Of a stretch of 64,000 nt of DNA, positions 48,083 to 58,351 are shown piece by piece (position 1 is the first letter of the stretch; the number at the start of each line of letters is the position of its first letter). Position numbers and translations under genes: made by a program. The DNA comes from an uncultured Pseudomonadales bacterium (GTDB taxonomy: Bacteria; Patescibacteriota; Microgenomatia; UBA1400; PJMF01), in assembly GCA_964633875.1 (NCBI GenBank), contig CAZWKL010000005.1, forward strand, positions 12,412 through 76,411, read 5' to 3'. Under the pieces are notes generated by a model, which saw nothing but the letters and a program-made list of their open reading frames with translations, was not told where the DNA came from and made no database searches.

Positions 48083-49129
48083 ATGATCGTGCGTGAAATC
48101 AGGGAAGAAGAAAAGCAAAAATATAACCAAGCTGTCCAACACCCGTTGCAATCTTGGGAGTGGGGTGAGTTCCGCAAACAAACCGGCACTCGGGTAGAGC
48201 GGGTCGGATTTTTCCGTGAAGGCAAACTCGAAAAAGCTTTTCAAGTTACTTTTCATCCACTTCCCTATATTCACCGGTTTATCAACAAAAACGTCGGCTA
48301 CCTCCCCAAGGCTTTCATGCCTGATGAAGAACAAATCCACACCCTGAAAGAGTTGGGCAAAAGAAATAACGCTCTTTTCATTAAGCTAGAACCCAATGTA
48401 GCCAGGAGCATTGAGACCAAATCGGGTTTTAACACCATTACCAAGTTTTTACTTGATAAGGGAGCACAACCAGGCAGGCCGCTTTTCACTAAATACACTT
48501 TTCACCTCGATCTCACTCAACCAGAAGATAAACTCTTCACCAATCTGGAAAGCAAAACCAGGTACAACGTGCGGCTGGCCATCAAAAAAGGTGTGGAGAT
48601 TTACGAGAACACCACTCAAGAAGGCATGGAGCAGTACATCAAAATTCTGGAGGAAACAACACAGCGGCAAGGTTTTTATGCCCATACACCGGACTATTTC
48701 CGAAAAATGTGGGCTGAGTTGGGTAGCTCCGGCATGCTGAGAATCTTCAACGCTGTCTATGAAGGAGAAATTTTGGTTTCTTGGATTGTTTTCATTTTCA
48801 ACAATCGTCTTTATTATCCTTATGGCGCTTCAAGAGATATTCACCGCAACGTCATGGCCAGCAATTTGATGATGTGGGAAATTATTAAGTTCGGCAAAAG
48901 GGAAGGCTGCACTACTTTTGATATGTGGGGCTCACTCGGTCCGGACGCCAGCGCTGCCGATCCTTGGTATGGCTTTCACAAGTTCAAAAGCGGTTATGGT
49001 GGCGACTTAGTGGAATACTTAGGCACCTACGACCTTGTTTTTGACCCAGGCATGTATAAAATATTTAGAGTTGTTGAAAACTTGCGCTGGAAATGGTTGC
49101 GGCTAAAAACCCGTGTTCCATTTTTGTAA
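48083..49129 (+). CDS. FemAB-family / GNAT-fold aminoacyltransferase-like protein
   Basis: Size and blocks (YNVRLAIKKGVEIYE, FDMWGS) resemble FemXAB-type peptidyltransferases. Start taken at the ATG just after a TATAAT. Confidence 0.45.
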   Translation: MIVREIREEEKQKYNQAVQHPLQSWEWGEFRKQTGTRVERVGFFREGKLEKAFQVTFHPLPYIHRFINKNVGYLPKAFMPDEEQIHTLKELGKRNNALFIKLEPNVARSIETKSGFNTITKFLLDKGAQPGRPLFTKYTFHLDLTQPEDKLFTNLESKTRYNVRLAIKKGVEIYENTTQEGMEQYIKILEETTQRQGFYAHTPDYFRKMWAELGSSGMLRIFNAVYEGEILVSWIVFIFNNRLYYPYGASRDIHRNVMASNLMMWEIIKFGKREGCTTFDMWGSLGPDASAADPWYGFHKFKSGYGGDLVEYLGTYDLVFDPGMYKIFRVVENLRWKWLRLKTRVPFL

Positions 49130-49160
49130 TTTTGTAGTCAATAATTAATTAAGGAAAAAT

Positions 49161-49904
49161 ATGGCAAGTCCAAGATTCAAAAGAGTGATGCTCAAAGTTG
49201 GTGGCGAATCTCTGCTCGGCAACCGGGAGTACGGCATTGATCCCCAAGCTGCTCTTGAAGTTGCAGAGCAAATTAAAGAAATTTACGCCAAGCATGTGCA
49301 AGTGGCCATAGTTATCGGCGGCGGCAATATTTTCCGCGGCTTGGCTGGTTCAAAACACGGGATTGAGCGCGCCACCGCTGATTACATGGGCATGTTGGCC
49401 ACTGTCATGAACGGCTTGGCGTTGCAGGATGCTTTAGAAAAAATCGGCGTCCCCACCAGGATGCAATCGGCGCTTTCCATGCCGGCTGTAGCCGAGAGCT
49501 TCATTCGTCGGCGCGCCATCCGGCATATGGAAAAGGGCAGGGTAGTAATTTTGAGCGCCGGCACCGGCGTGCCTTATGTCACTACCGACACTGGCGCTTC
49601 GCTGCACGCGTTGGAGCTTCACTGTGATGTACTGATTAAAGCCACCAAAGTTGATGGGATTTTCGACAAGGACCCGGCTACAAATCCCGATGCCAAGCGG
49701 TTTGCCACACTTTCATTTAAGGACGCCATCAAAATGGAAGAAGTCCAGGTGATGGATACTGCCGCTCTGGCTATGTCGATGGAAAATAACATGCCGGTGA
49801 TGGTTTTTGAGCTTTTCAAAAAAGGCAATCTGAGCAAAGCTATAGACGGCAAAGATATCGGCACTTACGTCAGCAATGAAGTGGAAACTCAGTTAGCGGA
49901 GTAG
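49161..49904 (+). CDS. pyrH: UMP kinase
   Basis: MLKVGGESL...VAIVIGGGNIFRG; preceded by AAGGAAAAA. Confidence 0.9.
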   Translation: MASPRFKRVMLKVGGESLLGNREYGIDPQAALEVAEQIKEIYAKHVQVAIVIGGGNIFRGLAGSKHGIERATADYMGMLATVMNGLALQDALEKIGVPTRMQSALSMPAVAESFIRRRAIRHMEKGRVVILSAGTGVPYVTTDTGASLHALELHCDVLIKATKVDGIFDKDPATNPDAKRFATLSFKDAIKMEEVQVMDTAALAMSMENNMPVMVFELFKKGNLSKAIDGKDIGTYVSNEVETQLAE

Positions 49905-49977
49905 CTTCAAGTCATGATATTCTAGTTAGTAGATGAAATTTAGCCAGTTATTTCTGGGGAAAACCACAGAAAGGTTG

Positions 49978-51024
49978 ATGATGAAAAAAACATTTGGCAT
50001 TAACGGTTTTGGCCGAATCGGCCGCACCAGCCTCCGGGTTTGGTGGCAATACTACCGCGATCAAGCTGATTTGAAAGTGATCAACACTTCCGGTTCGATG
50101 GAGGTTGAAGACTGGGCGCACTTGCTGAAGTATGATACTAATTACGGAGTTTTTGGCAGTGAAGTTCGGGCAGAAAGACACCAGTCCAAAGACGAAGTTT
50201 CAGATGAAAATCCAGTGCTGGGCACGATTACCCTTGATGGCAATTACTCAATGACTGTGCTGGCTCAGCGCGATCCCAATAAAATCCCCTGGGGGCAGCA
50301 TGGCGTTCAGGCAGTAATTGAAGCCACCGGCGTTTTTGTCACTGAAGAAAAAGCGGCGCAACACTTGGCGGGCGGAGCGGAAACGGTGATTATTTCGGCA
50401 CCGGCCAAAGGAGAGGGTGTCAGTACTGCTATTGTTGGTGTCAACAACTTTGATTCAAATAACAAAGTCCGCTCTAACGCTTCCTGCACCACCAATTGCG
50501 TGGCACCGGTGGCTCAATTGATGGTCCGGCACTTTGGGGTAGAAAAAGCTATGCTCACCACCATTCACGCCTACACCGACGATCAAAACACTCAAGACAA
50601 CTCGCACAAAGATCTGCGCCGGGCACGCAGCGCCGCGGAAAATATTATTCCCACCACCACCGGCGCAGCCAAAGCTACTGCCGAAGTAGTGCCGGAGCTT
50701 CAGGGTCTGTTTGACGGTCTAGCCATGAGGGTGCCGGTGCGGACCGGTTCTATTTCGGATATGGTTTTTTTGGTGAGGCGCGAGGTGACGATAGAGGCAG
50801 TCAACCAAGTTTTCATTAACGCAGCCCAAGAAGAAAAATGGCAAAATATCCTGGCGGTTACCCATGAGCCGCTGGTTTCTTCGGATATTGTGGGCAGACG
50901 GGAATCCTCGATTGTGGACTTGAACTTCACCAACGTGATTGGCGGCAACTTGGTAAAAGTGGTCAGCTGGTATGACAATGAGTGGGGATACTGCAACCGG
51001 CTGATTGAGCAAGTTTGGGGTTGA
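49978..51024 (+). CDS. gap: glyceraldehyde-3-phosphate dehydrogenase
   Basis: FGINGFGRIGR NAD-binding motif. Catalytic SNASCTTNCVAP. Confidence 0.9.
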   Translation: MMKKTFGINGFGRIGRTSLRVWWQYYRDQADLKVINTSGSMEVEDWAHLLKYDTNYGVFGSEVRAERHQSKDEVSDENPVLGTITLDGNYSMTVLAQRDPNKIPWGQHGVQAVIEATGVFVTEEKAAQHLAGGAETVIISAPAKGEGVSTAIVGVNNFDSNNKVRSNASCTTNCVAPVAQLMVRHFGVEKAMLTTIHAYTDDQNTQDNSHKDLRRARSAAENIIPTTTGAAKATAEVVPELQGLFDGLAMRVPVRTGSISDMVFLVRREVTIEAVNQVFINAAQEEKWQNILAVTHEPLVSSDIVGRRESSIVDLNFTNVIGGNLVKVVSWYDNEWGYCNRLIEQVWG

Positions 51025-51120
51025 TAACCACATATTTCTCCGACCAAATTAGATGCTACAGTTTTTGCAAGCTTGATGAGCTAAAACTTGCTTGTGTCAT
51101 CAAGAACTTATTCCGCCACC

Positions 51121-52596
51121 ATGATTGGTCTTAAGCCAATCAAAATTGAAATCGAAGTAGATATTGCCCGTGGTCAACCCAAATTAATTATCATTGGCTT
51201 ACCTTCTCGAACCGTAACGGAAGCCAAAGAACGCATTACTACCGCCTTGCAAAACTGTGGCGTGAGGATTAAAGCCAAACGTACAATCGTCAATCTGGCT
51301 CCGGCCGATATTCGCAAAAAAGACAGTTGTTTTGAACTGGCTATTGTGGCTTCTTTGCTCAAGGAATATGGCATTTTGAGCGTCGATATGGAGTCGACTA
51401 TGTTTTTTGGAGAGTTGGCACTAAATGGGGAAATCAAGCCGATGAAAGCAGCGCTGCCGCTGCTCATCGCTGCCAAAAGCATGGGTTACTCGCGGGTACT
51501 GATGCCTGCAGCGAACGTTAGAGAAGTGCAACATCTCCGGGGAATTAAAATTTTTCCCATCAGGCACCTGCGTGATCTAATTGATTTTGCCAAAGGAAAA
51601 AAGCTGGCTGAACTAAAAAAGCAAGAGTTTATTACTACTGCTCGGGAAAAGTATAAAATTACGCTTGATGACATTTCCGGACATGGTCAAGCTAAAAGAG
51701 CTCTGGAGATCGCGGCGGCAGGCGGACACAACTTGCTGATGATCGGGCCTCCTGGCAGCGGCAAAAGCATGTTGGCTCAAGCAATCACCTCACTCCTGCC
51801 GCCGCCCAACCAAAAAGAGGCCACCGAGATATCGAGTATTCATTCTTTAGCCGGAGAATTGAAAAATGGCTTGATCACCTACCGCCCCCTCCGCAGTCCA
51901 CATCATTTTATTACTATCACCGGTCTGCTTGGAGGAGGCGCAGACCTGCTTCCGGGTGAAATTTCCCTAGCTCACAAAGGCGTGCTTTTTTTGGATGAAA
52001 TTAATGAATTTCCACGAATCAGTCTAGAAGCGCTAAGAGAGCCACTAGAACAAGGTACGATTACGATCAAAAGAGCGGTTGGCACTGCTCAATATCCGGC
52101 AAACTTTGCTTTAATTGCGGCAGCCAATCCTTGCCCATGCGGCTACGCCGGTAGCCACCACCGCAAATGCAATTGCACTCCTTATCAAATTCATCAATAT
52201 CAGAGTAAGTTGTCAGGCCCGCTCAAAGACAGGATCGACCTTCAGCTTTTTATTGAACCTGTCAATCCTCAGAGCCTTACCACCCGGAGCCAAAACCAAA
52301 ATTGGCAAGCAATCGCAGCAACAATTAGAAAAGCTCGCGACAAACAAGCTCAGAGGTACGAAAACACCCGCTATAATTCAAACTCTGAGCTTGATTCACG
52401 GGGAGTAAGAAAGCACTGTTTTTTAACAGATGAGGCCTCAAAATTGCTCTTAAAAGCCAGCAAGAAACTACCCCTAACCAGCAGAGGCTACTTTTCCGTA
52501 ATTAAGGTTTCCCAGACCATTGCCGATTTAACCTCATCAGCCATGATTGAAAAAAGACACCTGGCCGAGGCCCTGCAGTACCGGATGTTACAATGA
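51121..52596 (+). CDS. YifB/ComM family ATPase (Mg-chelatase-like AAA+)
   Basis: N-terminal Lon-like fold (IEVDIARGQPKLIIIGLP), AAA+ motifs (GPPGSGKSM) and a C-terminal Mg-chelatase domain. Confidence 0.85.
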   Translation: MIGLKPIKIEIEVDIARGQPKLIIIGLPSRTVTEAKERITTALQNCGVRIKAKRTIVNLAPADIRKKDSCFELAIVASLLKEYGILSVDMESTMFFGELALNGEIKPMKAALPLLIAAKSMGYSRVLMPAANVREVQHLRGIKIFPIRHLRDLIDFAKGKKLAELKKQEFITTAREKYKITLDDISGHGQAKRALEIAAAGGHNLLMIGPPGSGKSMLAQAITSLLPPPNQKEATEISSIHSLAGELKNGLITYRPLRSPHHFITITGLLGGGADLLPGEISLAHKGVLFLDEINEFPRISLEALREPLEQGTITIKRAVGTAQYPANFALIAAANPCPCGYAGSHHRKCNCTPYQIHQYQSKLSGPLKDRIDLQLFIEPVNPQSLTTRSQNQNWQAIAATIRKARDKQAQRYENTRYNSNSELDSRGVRKHCFLTDEASKLLLKASKKLPLTSRGYFSVIKVSQTIADLTSSAMIEKRHLAEALQYRMLQ

Positions 52597-52600
52597 TTTT

Positions 52601-53146
52601 ATGCTTAAAAATAAGTATTTTAAGATTGCTTTAGTGATAATACTAATTTTGGCTCTTTCTCAGGCAGTCTACTTATTGCCTGAGCTTTCCTCCCCCAAGC
52701 CAGTTGCTGACCAAAAAAATATTCAGGAAGCAACCAACCAACAAAGAGATTTTAATACTGAAGGGCTTTACTTACTCATCAACGCCCACCGGAAAGAAAA
52801 TAATCTCAGCCCACTCTTAATCGATCCCCGCCTAGAAGAAAGCGCTGCTGCCAAAATCAACGACATGATCAGCCAAAAATATTACCGTCATGAAGACACC
52901 GTCAACCAAGAATCATGGTATCTCTTCAACTCAGCAGGATATGATTACAAAATGGCCGGAGAAAATATTTCTCTCAGCCACAACACTCCCTGGCAAGTTT
53001 TTCAAGCCTGGTCTGAAAGCGAGACACACAATGAACAAATGCTTAAACCTAATTACGAAGAAATGGGGTTAGCAGCGGATTGTCATAGCTTCAGAGAATA
53101 TGGCGGCGAAAACTGCGTCATTGTGCTTCATTTGGGGCTTAGATAG
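52601..53146 (+). CDS. secreted CAP/SCP/PR1-like (YkwD-like) domain protein
   Basis: N-terminal TM/signal segment. YYRHED...HNEQMLKPNYEEMGLAADC matches CAP-domain blocks. Confidence 0.55.
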   Translation: MLKNKYFKIALVIILILALSQAVYLLPELSSPKPVADQKNIQEATNQQRDFNTEGLYLLINAHRKENNLSPLLIDPRLEESAAAKINDMISQKYYRHEDTVNQESWYLFNSAGYDYKMAGENISLSHNTPWQVFQAWSESETHNEQMLKPNYEEMGLAADCHSFREYGGENCVIVLHLGLR

Positions 53147-53930
53147 CGCCGGCAAAGTGAAAAATAAGCAAACTAGTCCCAGCCAACCAGCAGTAAACGG
53201 CGAAATACTCAAACTTAGCCCTGTTAATCATGGCTCTAAGCAGCCAAAGGCTGCCAAGCCCAACTACAAAAGCAGACAGAAAACCAATCCCAAAAACCAA
53301 CTCATCAATCTCTGCCAAACTGAATGTTTCCAGTTTTGCCAACTCATTGGCGCTTGCTCCTAAAATTACCGGGATTGCCATTAAAAACGAAAATTCAAAG
53401 GCCTTGATTCTGCTCAGTTCTTGCTTTAATCCTCCCAAAACGGTTGATCCGGAGCGGGTCACACCCGGAATCAGGGCAATCATTTGATATAAACCAATGG
53501 TCAAAGCGCTCCGATAAGTAAGCGTTGTTTTTTCAGGTTTTTCCGCCTTTTTTCCCAGAGAATGCAGTTTCAATTCCCTGCTAATCATGAAATTAATCAC
53601 ACCAGAAACCAGCAGCGACAAAGCCACTAGCAAGACATTGCTGTATGACTCTACAATTAAATCATTAAAGAAAAAGCCCACCAGTCCAGCAGGCACAAAA
53701 GCAACCAGCAGTAAAACAATTTTCTGAGCCTTTAATTCATAAATTTGCTTACGGAAAAAAAGCAAAATCGCCAACAAAGTAGCGCAATGAAGCATCACTT
53801 CAAACAGCACATTGTGATCTGTCACTCCAAGTAAAGCTTGAGTCACCACCAAGTGTCCAGAACTGGAAATCGGCAAAAATTCAGTTAGGCCTTGGACAAT
53901 TCCAAGAAAAATTGAGTCAAAAACTGTCAT
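53139..53930 (-). CDS. uppP: undecaprenyl-diphosphatase
   Basis: MTVFDSIFLGIVQGLTEFLPISSSGHL N-terminus and 8 TM segments. Confidence 0.9.
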   Translation of the reverse strand: MTVFDSIFLGIVQGLTEFLPISSSGHLVVTQALLGVTDHNVLFEVMLHCATLLAILLFFRKQIYELKAQKIVLLLVAFVPAGLVGFFFNDLIVESYSNVLLVALSLLVSGVINFMISRELKLHSLGKKAEKPEKTTLTYRSALTIGLYQMIALIPGVTRSGSTVLGGLKQELSRIKAFEFSFLMAIPVILGASANELAKLETFSLAEIDELVFGIGFLSAFVVGLGSLWLLRAMINRAKFEYFAVYCWLAGTSLLIFHFAGAI

Positions 53931-53945
53931 ACATTGAAATTGAAG

Positions 53946-54728
53946 CTATTCTTCTTCTCTAATCTGGTGATACCAATCATGCAACATTTCCTGAATCAAA
54001 TCTTTAGCTCCCAACCCGATTGCCAATGCAAACCCAAGAGAAAACATCAGCACAAAACCAATAAACAAAATCAGAATAAATTCTCTGGCGATTCCCAGCT
54101 CAGAAACCGCCACTAACCCGGTAATGCTGAAAACAAAATAGCCTGCTAGCTTACCAGCTACCAAGGCACTTTTGTTGTCGCGGCCATCAATTGATCTGAC
54201 CGCACTCTTCACTAAACTTTCAACCAGCCCAGCCAAAACAACACCAAAAATAAAGACTATAAACGCGGCGATGATATTAGGAATGTAGTTGATAATTTGC
54301 TCCAACAAATGCGAGAGTGAAGACAAACCCAAAACCGCTACCGTCGAATGAATCACCACCAACATAATAATCCAAAAAATCACTGACGCAATTAAGTCCT
54401 CGATTTTATGATCAAGTTCTCCGCGTTTGAAAAAATCGCTAATTGGCGCTTTCTTAACCACTTTTGAATCGAACACCGTCTTAAGAATTTTTAAGACCGA
54501 ACCCTTAATAACCTTCGCCAAAATCCAACCCACCACAAAAATTACCAAAGCCGCAGCCAGTTGCGGAATATAGGCAATCATGCCAGCTAGGGCATTATTA
54601 ACCAGAGAAATAAAGGTGGCGTAGCTTGTATCCATAAAACCTCCTGATTGCATTATACGGAATATTAGTAGAAATAGTAAATACCAAGACAATGAGTTTC
54701 TATAAAAAATCCTCCACAACGTGACCAA
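53946..54728 (-). CDS. membrane protein with conserved TM-helix repeats (MscS-associated-like)
   Basis: Several hydrophobic helices and repeats resembling the Conserved TM helix family. The start is uncertain because the long ORF approaches the RNase P RNA 3' end. Confidence 0.45.
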   Translation of the reverse strand: MVTLWRIFYRNSLSWYLLFLLIFRIMQSGGFMDTSYATFISLVNNALAGMIAYIPQLAAALVIFVVGWILAKVIKGSVLKILKTVFDSKVVKKAPISDFFKRGELDHKIEDLIASVIFWIIMLVVIHSTVAVLGLSSLSHLLEQIINYIPNIIAAFIVFIFGVVLAGLVESLVKSAVRSIDGRDNKSALVAGKLAGYFVFSITGLVAVSELGIAREFILILFIGFVLMFSLGFALAIGLGAKDLIQEMLHDWYHQIREEE

Positions 54729-54741
54729 GTGAAGGATTTTG

Positions 54742-55090
54742 ATACAGAGTTCATAAGCCGGATTCTGTACTAGGTAATGATTTATCTAATGCCTGAAGCT
54801 TTATCATCGGCCGCTATAAAGCGGCTGGGAATAGATCCAATGCGATGAAACTCGTCAGTTGCAGCGGGGAGGATTGCCGCCCATTTGGCCTGAGCCAAAC
54901 CAGCACCCGATAGCTTGGTCGTTTCAACTGCCGCTACGCAGCTCGTCTCTGTGGCTCTGACTGTATCCGCCCGGGGGCGGACCTTTGGCTTAAACCTCAC
55001 GAAGAGGCCACCGCCAAACACCCTCTATTCTGCTGTCCGGACTTTCCTCCCATTGCGTTGAGCGCAACAGGCCATTACCGAACTCTGTGG
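54742..55090 (-). ncRNA. rnpB: RNase P RNA (bacterial type A)
   Basis: Minus-strand RNA contains P4 GGGAGGAAAGUCCGGAC (plus strand ctgtccggactttcctccc), the 3' consensus ACAGAAUCCGGCUUAU, and P1 pairing ACAGAGUUC with GAACUCUGU. Ends approximate to within about 5 nt. Confidence 0.8.
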
Positions 55091-55141
55091 AAACATTATA
55101 CAACAAAAAAGAGAATTTTGGAGCTGATTTAGTCGGAGATA

Positions 55142-56209
55142 TTAAGCTTTTTCTATTTTTTCAATGTCTTTTTTATCAACCAAATTGAAAAAGGTGACGT
55201 AGGTAGTTCTCAAGATAATGTAACTAGGTACAGCTAAAAGTGCGCCAAGAACACCTACCAACTTCAGGCCAATCAAAATTGAGAGGATTGAAATTAAAGG
55301 ATTGACATTGGCTTGAGCGCTCATCACTTTTGGCACCAACAAATTATTTTCTACTTGCTGAATCACCACAAAAAGCAGCAACACAACTAGCGCCATCACC
55401 GGCCCAAAAGCCAAATAGGCAATGATAATGGCAGGAATGGCGGAAACGGTCGGACCAATATTGGGCACAATTTCCAGTAAGCCAGCGATCAGCGCCAGGG
55501 GCAGAGCGCGTGGAATGCCCAGTAGCATCAAGCCAATGTAAGTAAACAAGCCCACAGCCAGCATTAAGATGACTTGTCCTCGCACCCAGCCGCCCAGCTG
55601 CAGCTCGATTGAGTCAATAAACCCTTTTGCCTGACGGAAATGTTTTGGTTTATTGGTAAACCAACCAATTTTTTTATAAAGATTATCGCGATCAATCATT
55701 AAGTAAACTGAGATCACAAAGATTGTCAGTAACTTGAAAACTGTACTAAAAGTCGCGTTGATGACGTTAAAAACCATATTGACTGATTGCCCGATTCTGT
55801 CAGCGTAATCATTAAGTTGACTGAGAGAGAATTCGAAGGTTTTGATCTCGTTCTCAATAGCAGGCAAATCAACAGACGAAATAAACTCTATCACCTCTTT
55901 TGCTAACGGAGGCAAAACAAATAACAAGAAAACCAATAGTCCTGCTAGAAAAATAATGTAAGTAGCGACTATAGCCAAAAATTTTTGAAATTTCAGACGA
56001 TTCCTAAACCACATCACCACTGGCCTTAATGCCACCATGATAATAAAGGCCAGGAGCATCAGTAGCAAAATGTCTTTGATATAAAAAAGAAAATAAAGCG
56101 TTAGCAGAATGAAAATTGTCAAAAGAATAGACTGGGGGGCTACAAAAATTGTTCGTTTATCAGAAAATAGAGACATCATAAAATTCAGTATAGCATGTAT
56201 AAGCTTCAT
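55142..56209 (-). CDS. AI-2E family transporter (PerM/UPF0118)
   Basis: 8 TM segments and the conserved GPTVSAIPAIIIAYL block. Confidence 0.7.
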   Translation of the reverse strand: MKLIHAILNFMMSLFSDKRTIFVAPQSILLTIFILLTLYFLFYIKDILLLMLLAFIIMVALRPVVMWFRNRLKFQKFLAIVATYIIFLAGLLVFLLFVLPPLAKEVIEFISSVDLPAIENEIKTFEFSLSQLNDYADRIGQSVNMVFNVINATFSTVFKLLTIFVISVYLMIDRDNLYKKIGWFTNKPKHFRQAKGFIDSIELQLGGWVRGQVILMLAVGLFTYIGLMLLGIPRALPLALIAGLLEIVPNIGPTVSAIPAIIIAYLAFGPVMALVVLLLFVVIQQVENNLLVPKVMSAQANVNPLISILSILIGLKLVGVLGALLAVPSYIILRTTYVTFFNLVDKKDIEKIEKA

Positions 56210-57164
56210 TTACGATTTCGGGGTTTTCGGCTTTTAGCCAAGTGATTTTCTTATTTTTCTTAAACCAGGTCGTTTGTCTTTTGGCGTAGGAAAGTTCTTT
56301 TTTGGTCCAGATTTCTACGCATTCTGTTTTAGATATCTCGCCTTGTGTGTAAGCTAAAACTTCTCTGAATCCCAAGGTTTTATAAACCGGGCTAGTGGTT
56401 TTGGTGGCATCAAGCAAGCTGGCAACTTGTTCCACTTCCAGAATCGCGCCTCCGTTCAGTCGCGATAAAACCCGGGATTTAATTCTTTTGGCTAATTCTT
56501 CAGGTTCAAGTCGCAAACCAAGATAAAAGTGTTTTAAAGCTTCTAGAGTTTCTGAAATTTGGATGGGTGCGGTCGGTTGAGCTTGAGCAATTTCAATCAG
56601 ACGAATAAGGCGGCGGGGGTTGTTTTGGTCTGAGTGATTCATTTGTTGATACTTTTTTGGATCGGCATTTTCAGCCCAATCTTTTAGTCCTGCCAAAGAA
56701 AGTTGGCCTGCTTTTTCACGCACAGCAAAATTAGGAGCAACACTAATAGCCGGATCATTAGAGAGGAAATAATCGTGATATAAGCCGGTGCCACCAACAA
56801 TTATAATGGCATAATTTTTCACAATATATTTTTTTATAAGTTGTTGTGACATAGCTCTGAAATGGGCCACTGACCACTCATCGATCGGCCCAATAATACT
56901 TATACCGTGAAGAGAAAGCTTGTTTGTTTCGGCCGCAACGAAGTAAGCATAATCCAGTTCATCATCAACTTTTTTCACAAAATTAACCGGAATATCTCCG
57001 CCTGTTAAAAGTTCTAGGCCTTGATAAACTTGGCGGGAATCAGCTGAAATTACCGCCACCCCACTAGCTACATTTTCAGCCAAGAGTTTATGGGCTAAGT
57101 TCAGCGCTAGATCAGTTTTGCCGCTAGCCGTCGGACCAACAATTGAGAGTACCGGAAGTTGCAT
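56160..57164 (-). CDS. miaA: tRNA dimethylallyltransferase
   Basis: P-loop IVGPTASGKTDLAL and MiaA-typical blocks. Confidence 0.9.
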   Translation of the reverse strand: MQLPVLSIVGPTASGKTDLALNLAHKLLAENVASGVAVISADSRQVYQGLELLTGGDIPVNFVKKVDDELDYAYFVAAETNKLSLHGISIIGPIDEWSVAHFRAMSQQLIKKYIVKNYAIIIVGGTGLYHDYFLSNDPAISVAPNFAVREKAGQLSLAGLKDWAENADPKKYQQMNHSDQNNPRRLIRLIEIAQAQPTAPIQISETLEALKHFYLGLRLEPEELAKRIKSRVLSRLNGGAILEVEQVASLLDATKTTSPVYKTLGFREVLAYTQGEISKTECVEIWTKKELSYAKRQTTWFKKNKKITWLKAENPEIVNEAYTCYTEFYDVSIF

Positions 57165-57168
57165 ACTT

Positions 57169-58350
57169 TTATACTACCACTGGGCGATTGGACAAGTTGT
57201 CTTTGTTAATAATTTGGTCCAGGTACTCCCAGCGTTCTTTCTTGACATGATGAGGAATATCATCAGGATAAATTCTCCAGCTGGCAGTGCCGGGACGAGG
57301 AGAGTACATGGCAATAAATGCCACTTGCCAATCAACGTCCTCAGCCAACTTCACCGTTTCCGCAAACTCTTCATCGGTTTCGCCAGGAAAGCCAACAATA
57401 ATATCCGTGCCTAAGACAATTTTTGGATCAGCTTGCCTCAGTTTTTCCACCACCTCCAAATATCTCTCTTTGGTGTAACCGCGGTTCATCCGGTAAAGCA
57501 CCTGGTTGCTGCCGGATTGCACCGGCAAATGGACATAGCGGTCAATTTTCTTGTTTTTGCCGATTTCATCGATTAGTTCATCATGAAAATCCCAAGGATT
57601 GCTGGTCATAAACCTGATTTTCTTGATCTGCTTAAACTGCGAAATTGCCTGCAGCAGCCTCACAAACGGTGGAGTTTCAGTCGGCCGTAAATACTGAGAT
57701 TGGTTGTCCGGCAGGTCTTTCCTGGTAAAACCTTTGTTTTCCAGCATCAATTTCCTAAACCCAATCCCTACTTTTTCTAACCCCCAAGAGTTAACGTTCA
57801 TGCCCAGCAAAGTTACCTCTTCATAACCTTTATCAACCAAAGCTTGCATTTCCTGCATAATGGCCTCAAATGGCCTTGATTGTTCCCGGCCGCGTGAGTA
57901 GGGCACGATGCAATAAGTACAAAAAGAATTGCAGCCAGTCGAAATCGGTATCCAGGCGTGTTTTTGATCTTTCCTCACTGCCGCTTGATTAAAACCAACC
58001 TCGTTGATCGGCAAAATTTCATCAATTGCCGGGATCATTTCATATAATTTTTCGTTGCCGTGATGGGTCATGCAGCCAGTGAGAATAATCTTGGGCCGCT
58101 GCTGACCCAATTCATGAAAATAAACCACCACGTTGTGAATAAATCCCCGCGCCCGATGTTCAGCCCGCTGCCTGACCGCGCAAGTATTGACTACTAGTTC
58201 GTCACACTGCCGCCAATCCTTAGCTTCAGCATAGCCACGAGACAAGTAATCACCGGCAATTCTTTCAGAATCACTTTTGTTGGATTGGCAACCAAAAGTA
58301 TGGATGTAGTAGGTTTTAACAGCGCTACTCATGGGGTGATATTTTAGCAA
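57169..58350 (-). CDS. miaB: radical-SAM methylthiotransferase (MiaB-like)
   Basis: MTTase N-domain Cys (YIHTFGCQSNKSD). Radical SAM CxxxCxxC (GCNSFCTYCIVPYSRG). TRAM-like C-terminus. Adjacent to miaA. Confidence 0.85.
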   Translation of the reverse strand: MLKYHPMSSAVKTYYIHTFGCQSNKSDSERIAGDYLSRGYAEAKDWRQCDELVVNTCAVRQRAEHRARGFIHNVVVYFHELGQQRPKIILTGCMTHHGNEKLYEMIPAIDEILPINEVGFNQAAVRKDQKHAWIPISTGCNSFCTYCIVPYSRGREQSRPFEAIMQEMQALVDKGYEEVTLLGMNVNSWGLEKVGIGFRKLMLENKGFTRKDLPDNQSQYLRPTETPPFVRLLQAISQFKQIKKIRFMTSNPWDFHDELIDEIGKNKKIDRYVHLPVQSGSNQVLYRMNRGYTKERYLEVVEKLRQADPKIVLGTDIIVGFPGETDEEFAETVKLAEDVDWQVAFIAMYSPRPGTASWRIYPDDIPHHVKKERWEYLDQIINKDNLSNRPVVV

Positions 58351-58351
58351 A

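Noticed and set aside
54782-55021. 79 aa ORF (-) inside RNase P RNA
   Set aside because: The region is explained by rnpB (P4 and other conserved motifs present).
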